DNA of 64,000 nucleotides, taken from assembly GCA_965603825.1 (NCBI GenBank), contig CBFDEM010000034.1, positions 124,001 to 188,000 on the forward strand, in the 5' to 3' direction. The position numbers and the translations under genes are program-made. The notes under the pieces are model-generated. The model worked only from the letters and a program-made list of their open reading frames with translations. It did no database searches and was not told the DNA's origin. Origin of the DNA: Blepharisma stoltei ATCC 30299 (Eukaryota; Protista; Ciliophora). Each line of letters begins with the position of its first letter. The stretch's first letter is position 1. Shown in pieces: positions 57,575 to 64,000 of this stretch.

Positions 57575-59383
57575 CTATGTTTGAAGAGAACGGAATCTGG
57601 AGTGGTAGGTTGATAGGGGGTTAAAATCAAGCTTTCTGTTCTTTGGGACTTGTAAAACATGTGAAGTTATTCTACTTAATGCTGGAAGAGAAGGATTTGG
57701 GCTTCCGATTTTTTTGGTGTCTTTAAAATTTGCAGGGCTATGTGTGGCTGTATTTGCTTTTCATTGTAATTTATTTAATAAAGGCTGTGTATTATGACTC
57801 AGCATACTTTTAGGTGTTTTAGACTTCCCATTTTCAATGCTTTTTGATGCAATTTTTTTTAATTTCAAAGGAGAAGCTGGAGAATCTATACTTGATAAAG
57901 GTGATAGCAGCCCATCTTCCGTTTTCATTGTTTGCAAATATGGTTTTGTATCAGACCTCTTAATATTATCATAAAACTGATTTGGCTTGATTTTTTTACT
58001 TGCAATTCATGAGTTTTTTCTTATGCATCTCGAATTGCGTCTAATCATATTCCTTCTTGCAGCACTTTCTTCTTCATAGCTTTTTATTCTTTCCCTTATA
58101 TGCCTCATTTCTTGTTTCAGTTCTTCGACCCCTGGGGTTGGATTTCTTAAAGGATTTCCCACTCTGCATTTAATTTTGCATCTTTCACGGCCCAAAATTT
58201 CCAAAAAATGGACATTTATGCTGCCATCTGATAAGGAGTCTTCATCTTCTTCCATCGAGCTTTCTTCTGTTAAAGATGCGTTGCTATTTTTACATGGATC
58301 TGCGTCACGGAAAAATTTGTAATTAAAAGCATGGAACGAAAATGGGGCAAATTGGGTGGTTTTAGACCTATTGGCTCTACGATGCTCAGGAGACATACCT
58401 CCATTTATAGATTTTTGTTCTTGGTTGAACGAAAGTCGATGTGCTGCTATTGATACAGTTCTGTTTAAAGGAGGATGACTTGGGGGTCCTTCTTCACTTG
58501 GCCGCGGAGTAGGTCCATTATTAGAGTTATTTGGGCTTTTAATTCTAATAGGCGAATCACTTCTTATGATTTTTGGTTTATCTGAGTCTTCATTTCTATC
58601 CTTATACAGTGTTTTTTTCCTATTCCTCGATCTGATATCAAAAATTTGCATATTTTCGTTTCCAATAGTTTCATTTCCCATCATTTCTTCTTTTAGGTTT
58701 AACGTGCAGTTACAACTCATAAGCCATAATACTCCTAAATCGTCAAGGGTCAAGTTCATCTCTAATTTTACTACTCTTTTTCGATCCCCTTCTTCTTTTT
58801 CTACAACACTTATAATAACTGTGGCAATGTTTTTAGCCATCTCGAACACCAATCTTTGGGTGCTGGGTATTTCTTTATCTATTTCTTTTCATAAAAACTC
58901 ACTTTTATAGGTCTTTTCTGTATATGTCAAAGTCAAAGTGTACCAGCCTTCATCGCTTCGGTTGTGTGGTTTTATTTTTTGGAGATACTGTAACAGTGGG
59001 AAAGTCTGCACTCGGTTTCGGTATTCTTTTAGACCTGAAAGGTCTAATTTTACTTTTAAGTTTCGGCCAACGATAATGCAAGCGTATTTTCCGATGTTTG
59101 AGACTTTTTGGAAAGCCTTGAACTCTTTTTTAAGGCTAATTAAGAGATCGCCTAGATTTCGATACTGGAGGTCTCGTGGAAGTTTTTGGCGGACGTACCC
59201 GTCGTTATCTGTGTAAATTAGAAGCTCAAGGGTTCCTGTTTTCAAAAAGAAAGTATCAAGAAGAAAAATGTGGGCATTATTCTTGGCAAGTACTTTGAAT
59301 ATCCATTTGTGACTTTTTTGTTCCATTATATTAATTTTCAGGTCATATAAAACTGGATTGTGTATAATATAGCTTAAGAGCAT
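57575..59383 (-). CDS. Hypothetical protein (603 codons); 3 TGA=Trp
   Basis: ORFs 58889..59383 and 58007..58852 share a frame that continues to TAG at 57575. Confidence 0.72.
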
Positions 59384-59428
59384 GATATAATCGAATTAAT
59401 ATAATAAATACTTGATAATTATTAAAGC

Positions 59429-61306
59429 TTATTCTATAACCTCAACTTCGCTTTCTTTTTTGTCCAAAGCTTCTTTCAGACTGTGTATTTCTACTTTTAA
59501 TTTTCCAACCTCCTCTTCCAAAACTGCTATTTTCTCGCTAGCTTCTCTAACTTCGTTTTCTTTTTCTCTCAGATTTTTCTTCATTTTTTTTTCATTTTTT
59601 TCTAAAGACTCATTTTCTTCTTCGAGACTGGATATTTTGTCAGTGAATTCTTGATTTTCAACAGTGAGAGTAGATAAAGAATTTTTTAGTTTTGTGATTT
59701 CTAGCTCTTGATCAGAGTTCATCTGGGTGTACTTGTTAATTAATTCTTTATCTTTTTCTGCACTGTGTTCTAACGCTTTTATCTTGGTTTGGAGCTGCTC
59801 CTGTTCTGCTTCAGCTAATGATTTTTTGGACTCCATTTCGTTAAGCATTTCGTTGAATGAGCTCTTTAATTTAATGCTATCTCTGCTATAGATGTCTCTG
59901 GCGTGTTTTCTTAATGTATCAATATCGTCCATGATTTTCATTCTTTCAGATATTTGTAATGTGTATTGAATGATATTCATAGAAGGGTCAATTTCCAGCT
60001 CACTGGCTAGTGTTTTAATTCGTTCCAAATTTTCTCGTAGCTCAGAATTTTCTAGTGAAATTGTATTGGATAAATCCCTTATCTCTTGCTTTATTAAATC
60101 CTGGAGCTGAGCATCAACATTAGAAAATTTATCATGAAATTCATTGATTCCTTCGACAGTTTTAACCAAATAATTATCTTGATCAGAAACTGCTACCAAT
60201 AACTCAGTTATTTTTATATGCAAATCAGAAACCGATTTATATCCTCCTCTATTATACTTGAGCTCTTCTTCATTAAAACTTAAAGGGCTGTATTTTTCAT
60301 TAATTCCAAAAGCTTTTTGGACAACAGGCAGATACACTCTTCTTTTATTTTCCAAATTTTCAACAATCTCTTTCACTTTTCTTTCTAACGATTTAATTTT
60401 ATTTTCAACCGAATTTTCATTCAAATAATTGCTTACCTCTGCTTGCATTTTAAAAATAGCTTCAGTTTTATGCTTAATTGACTCCATTATACCTTCAGCA
60501 TTAAATCCATATGTTTCTGAAATCTTTTTTCTAATTCCCTCTAATTTATCGTACTCTTTTCCAGTGATTTCTTCAGATACCTTTTGAAGATTATTTATAC
60601 TCAGCTTAAAAGCTTTTTCCACGACTTCTTCAATTTCCCTTAATTTATTCAAATCAACACCAGTCCCTTGACTTTTTTCCACAAGTTGAATTTTAATTGA
60701 TGTTAATTCTCTTTCTAATTTAATTCGATTCACAAACCTCAGAGCAGTCTGTGCTAAATTCATTCCTTTTTGTGATAAATACTCATCTTCTTTAGCTTTT
60801 AATACCTCAATTTGAGATTTCAATGGATTGGTCTCATCCACAAGGGTAAAAAGTAAGTTGAACTCGTCTTTTAATTGTTCTGCCTTTTCATTGTCAATTT
60901 CATGCAATCTTTCAGCAACCTGCACAAGCTGCTCAATTAACCGTTTTTCCATATCAGTTTCTTCCATTCTTAACTCCATGTATTTTTTCATCTTATCTGT
61001 GCCTTGAGAATCCCTCATTTGGTTGATTTTGGTATTTATCCCAATTTCATGAATATATTGTCCTGCGTTTCCTAGGTATTCGATAAAAGAATGGATAAAG
61101 GCGGAAAAGGATTTTTGCTCGGTGTGCATGGATTGATAAAACCCTGAAAGATAGTCTCGAATAATGTCATCACTAGAAGGGGGTGAAGGCGTGGGAATGC
61201 TTGAAGTGGCTGCTTTGGGGATTGATTTGAGGTCAACAAGATCTTCGTCGAGTTCTTTGATTTCATCATAGTAATCTTGATGTGCACAACAGCCACAACA
61301 ACCCAT
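59429..61306 (-). CDS. Coiled-coil protein with N-terminal myristoylation/palmitoylation motif
   Basis: MGCCGCCA start; extensive heptads. Confidence 0.78.
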   Translation of the reverse strand: MGCCGCCAHQDYYDEIKELDEDLVDLKSIPKAATSSIPTPSPPSSDDIIRDYLSGFYQSMHTEQKSFSAFIHSFIEYLGNAGQYIHEIGINTKINQMRDSQGTDKMKKYMELRMEETDMEKRLIEQLVQVAERLHEIDNEKAEQLKDEFNLLFTLVDETNPLKSQIEVLKAKEDEYLSQKGMNLAQTALRFVNRIKLERELTSIKIQLVEKSQGTGVDLNKLREIEEVVEKAFKLSINNLQKVSEEITGKEYDKLEGIRKKISETYGFNAEGIMESIKHKTEAIFKMQAEVSNYLNENSVENKIKSLERKVKEIVENLENKRRVYLPVVQKAFGINEKYSPLSFNEEELKYNRGGYKSVSDLHIKITELLVAVSDQDNYLVKTVEGINEFHDKFSNVDAQLQDLIKQEIRDLSNTISLENSELRENLERIKTLASELEIDPSMNIIQYTLQISERMKIMDDIDTLRKHARDIYSRDSIKLKSSFNEMLNEMESKKSLAEAEQEQLQTKIKALEHSAEKDKELINKYTQMNSDQELEITKLKNSLSTLTVENQEFTDKISSLEEENESLEKNEKKMKKNLREKENEVREASEKIAVLEEEVGKLKVEIHSLKEALDKKESEVEVIE

Positions 61307-61573
61307 TTAATTCTAAATGAAAGAAATAAATTGGTTCTAAATATCATACTATAATTTTAAGCGTATATGGAAATAATTAGATATTTATGCCTCTTATATT
61401 AAAGACTATAAAATTTTGCTATCTCTCATTTTTATATTTTCAAATATAAATCAATCCTCTTCTAAATCTATTTTAATCATTTCCCTTAATTTCTCACTAT
61501 TTTAATACACATTTACTGATCTCTGCTTCTTTAACTAGTCTAAAGCATAAGAGTGTTATATTAGAAATATAAA

Positions 61574-63493
61574 ATGGAAGATAAGAATGACATCCGCGAA
61601 ACAAGGCTTCAAAAAGAAAGAGAGCTCTTAAAAAAGCTGGAACCCACAAACTACACCCTCGATTTCCCCGACTGCAGCAGAAGCTTAGAAATAGTTACTG
61701 AAGTTCAAACCTTCCCAGTAAAATTTTTCATTCATCTGCCAGAGCGCTACCCATTCCAATCCCCCAAAGTATCTCTTTCAGTCTCCGACAAATTAACTTC
61801 CCTCACTGAATTTTACGACGACGAAAACATCCTTGAGCATGTCCTCGGAGAATCCTGAATTCCGGTCATAAATTTATCTTCAGTCATAGAAAAACTTGTG
61901 CATTACGCCCATCACTCATATAAAGCTCGTGGAAAATCACTTTTGGCTGAAATATTTTCAATGTACTGGAAATGGAGCATCATTATTGTGGTCTTGCTGG
62001 CTTTGCTGGTAAGAGTTGCGATGATTGCACAGCCCCATTCTGGATATGATAATCATCCTAAATATGGAGATTATGAAGCACAGAGGCATTGGATGGAAAT
62101 AACGACGAACTTGTCGCCTGATAAGTGGTATAAAGATTCAGCGGAGAATGACTTGGAGTACTGGGGACTTGATTATCCTCCTTTAACTGCCTGGCATTCA
62201 TGGTTTTTAGGATCCGTCAGCTCCATGATAGAACCTGAGTCCATGGTTTTAGGAGAATCTAGAGGATATTTAACATCAAGTCACAAGCTATTTATGAGGC
62301 TAAGCGTGATATTAGGAGATTTATTTGCATTTATTCCTGCAGTATTTATGTTCTTTAAAATGTATTATCGATATCTTTCAGGAGGAATAAAGTACTCAGC
62401 AATCATTCTTATATTTTTATCACCTCCATTATTATTGATTGATAATGGGCACTTTCAATACAACAGCATCATGCTAGGATTTTCGCTTTGGGCTGTTGTA
62501 TTGGTTTATTATGATTATTTAGGACTTTCTGCTGTAGTACTTGCTCTTGCTTTGAATTTCAAACAAATGGCGCTTTATTATGTGCTTCCTTTTGGCTGTA
62601 TTTGGATGGCTAAAGCATGGAAACGAGCAAGGCACCAGAGTATGAGATTTCAACCGAATATTAGATGGGGAATTATGGCAGCCGAAATTATTTTGACTTT
62701 ATCCAATATTATTGGCTGTGGAATTATTACTACAATTATCATCTGGATACCTTGGATAGGGTCAATTAGCGATATTACACAAGTTATTTCAAGGATATTC
62801 CCATTACAAAGAGGAATATTTGAAGACAAAGTGGCCACTTTTTGATGCGTCTCATCTATTTTTATTAAATACAAGGAATTGTTCCCGACAAATTTACTTG
62901 CAATGCTCTCAGCATTGCTTACGCTTGCTGCATCACTTCCATTTTTGGTGCTTTTATTCAAAAGAAAACCAATTAATTTGAGCTTTTTGCATGCACTTTC
63001 AGGGGTTTCTTTATCGTTTTTCTTGTTTTCTTACCATGTGCATGAGAAAACGATATTAATTCCTCTGCTACCATTTTCCTTGTTATCAGTAATAGACACA
63101 CCGGAATTATTTAGATTTTACGTTTTACTGGGAACTTTTAGTATGTACCCACTTATGATCAAGGATGGGCTGAGGTTTGCATATTTTTGCTTATCAATGG
63201 TTTTTTATATTATGGCTGGAGACGTAATTAAAACGTTGAATTATTTCCAAGACCGCAAAGGACACAATTTGACGCTGTGGTATATAGGAATAATCCTAAT
63301 TCACTTGATGGAGTTTATAGAACCGCCACAGCAATATCCATATTTGTTTGACACTATTATTGCTGCGTATTCTTTTCTGGGATTTCTATATATATGAATT
63401 TTTACTCTGAAATCACATTATCAAATTAAAGGAGATTCTGACCCTCGATATCACTTGGAAAATCGACTGAGGAAAAAAGCTAAAATGAGTTAA
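61574..63493 (+). CDS. ALG6: ALG6 Dol-P-Glc alpha-1,3-glucosyltransferase with N-terminal E2/UEV-like domain; 3 TGA=Trp
   Basis: GDYEAQRHWMEIT, YWGLDYPPLTA, IDNGHFQYN, RGIFEDKVATF(TGA=W)C, HVHEK; C-terminal KAKMS (KxKxx); single 640-codon frame. Confidence 0.88.
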
Positions 63494-63755
63494 TGTTAAT
63501 AAAATATTTTATTAATATATTTGCCAAACTTAGGCAATAGTAATGTATAATAATGATAATAAGTAAAATATAAATATCTTTACCATTTTAGAATGAACAC
63601 TGCTTAATAATAATCCAATTTAATCCTATGATAAATAGATTAGAAGCTACAAGAGTTTAAAATTTTTAGGAAAAGTCAGACTGTAGAGTCTCACAGCCAT
63701 AATTAAATTTATTACGATACACATCACTATTTTCAAATCTACACTATTAGTTTAC

Positions 63756-64000
63756 TTATCCTTCACTTTCCCTTGCTGACAAATATTTAGAAAACTGCTC
63801 TTTAAACCCATCCATCATCTCTTCAATATGTCTTTTAGTTTTTCCAACTATTTTCCCTTTCTTTTTCAATTCTTCATTTTCTTTTGCAATTTTTTTAATC
63901 AGTGACGTTAATTCCTTCATCCTTTTTTCATCATCCTTCATTTTTTCGCTTTCTTTTTTAGTTTTTTCAATTTCTCCCATCAGCTCTAGAATTGTTTTTT
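63756..64000 (-). CDS. 3' end of a coiled-coil protein that starts beyond the window
   Basis: Open K/E-rich frame to TAA at 63756. Confidence 0.6.
   Translation of the reverse strand, partial: KTILELMGEIEKTKKESEKMKDDEKRMKELTSLIKKIAKENEELKKKGKIVGKTKRHIEEMMDGFKEQFSKYLSARESEG

Overview
AT-rich, very gene-dense eukaryotic DNA with no recognisable rRNA, tRNA, transposon or CRISPR array. It uses a non-standard genetic code: in-frame TGA repeatedly falls on conserved Trp positions, while every gene end I traced is TAA or TAG. It also has tiny 15-16 nt GT...TAG introns. That combination matches the macronuclear genome of the heterotrich ciliate Blepharisma (inference). Many 'broken' ORFs in the supplied track join into single genes once TGA=Trp and six micro-introns are applied, giving about 36 genes. 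These include PI4KB, SEM1, a kinesin-14, a KIF12-like kinesin, a cytosolic carboxypeptidase, DCTN2, carbonic anhydrase, EME1-like, MSH6, a 12-kb DNAH6-like dynein, HGD, UROC1, a VHS/TOM1-like adaptor, RRP15 and ALG6. The most unusual items are: a bacterial-type DUF1015 (ParB/Srx-fold) protein with a whole CAP/SCP module inserted in one loop; an E2/UEV-like domain fused to ALG6; a 7TM-RGS protein; a secreted Cys-rich mini-collagen with a decayed tandem copy; a C2-C2-vWA-RING copine; and strongly uneven TGA versus TGG usage among genes. All calls are by eye, and no database searches were run.
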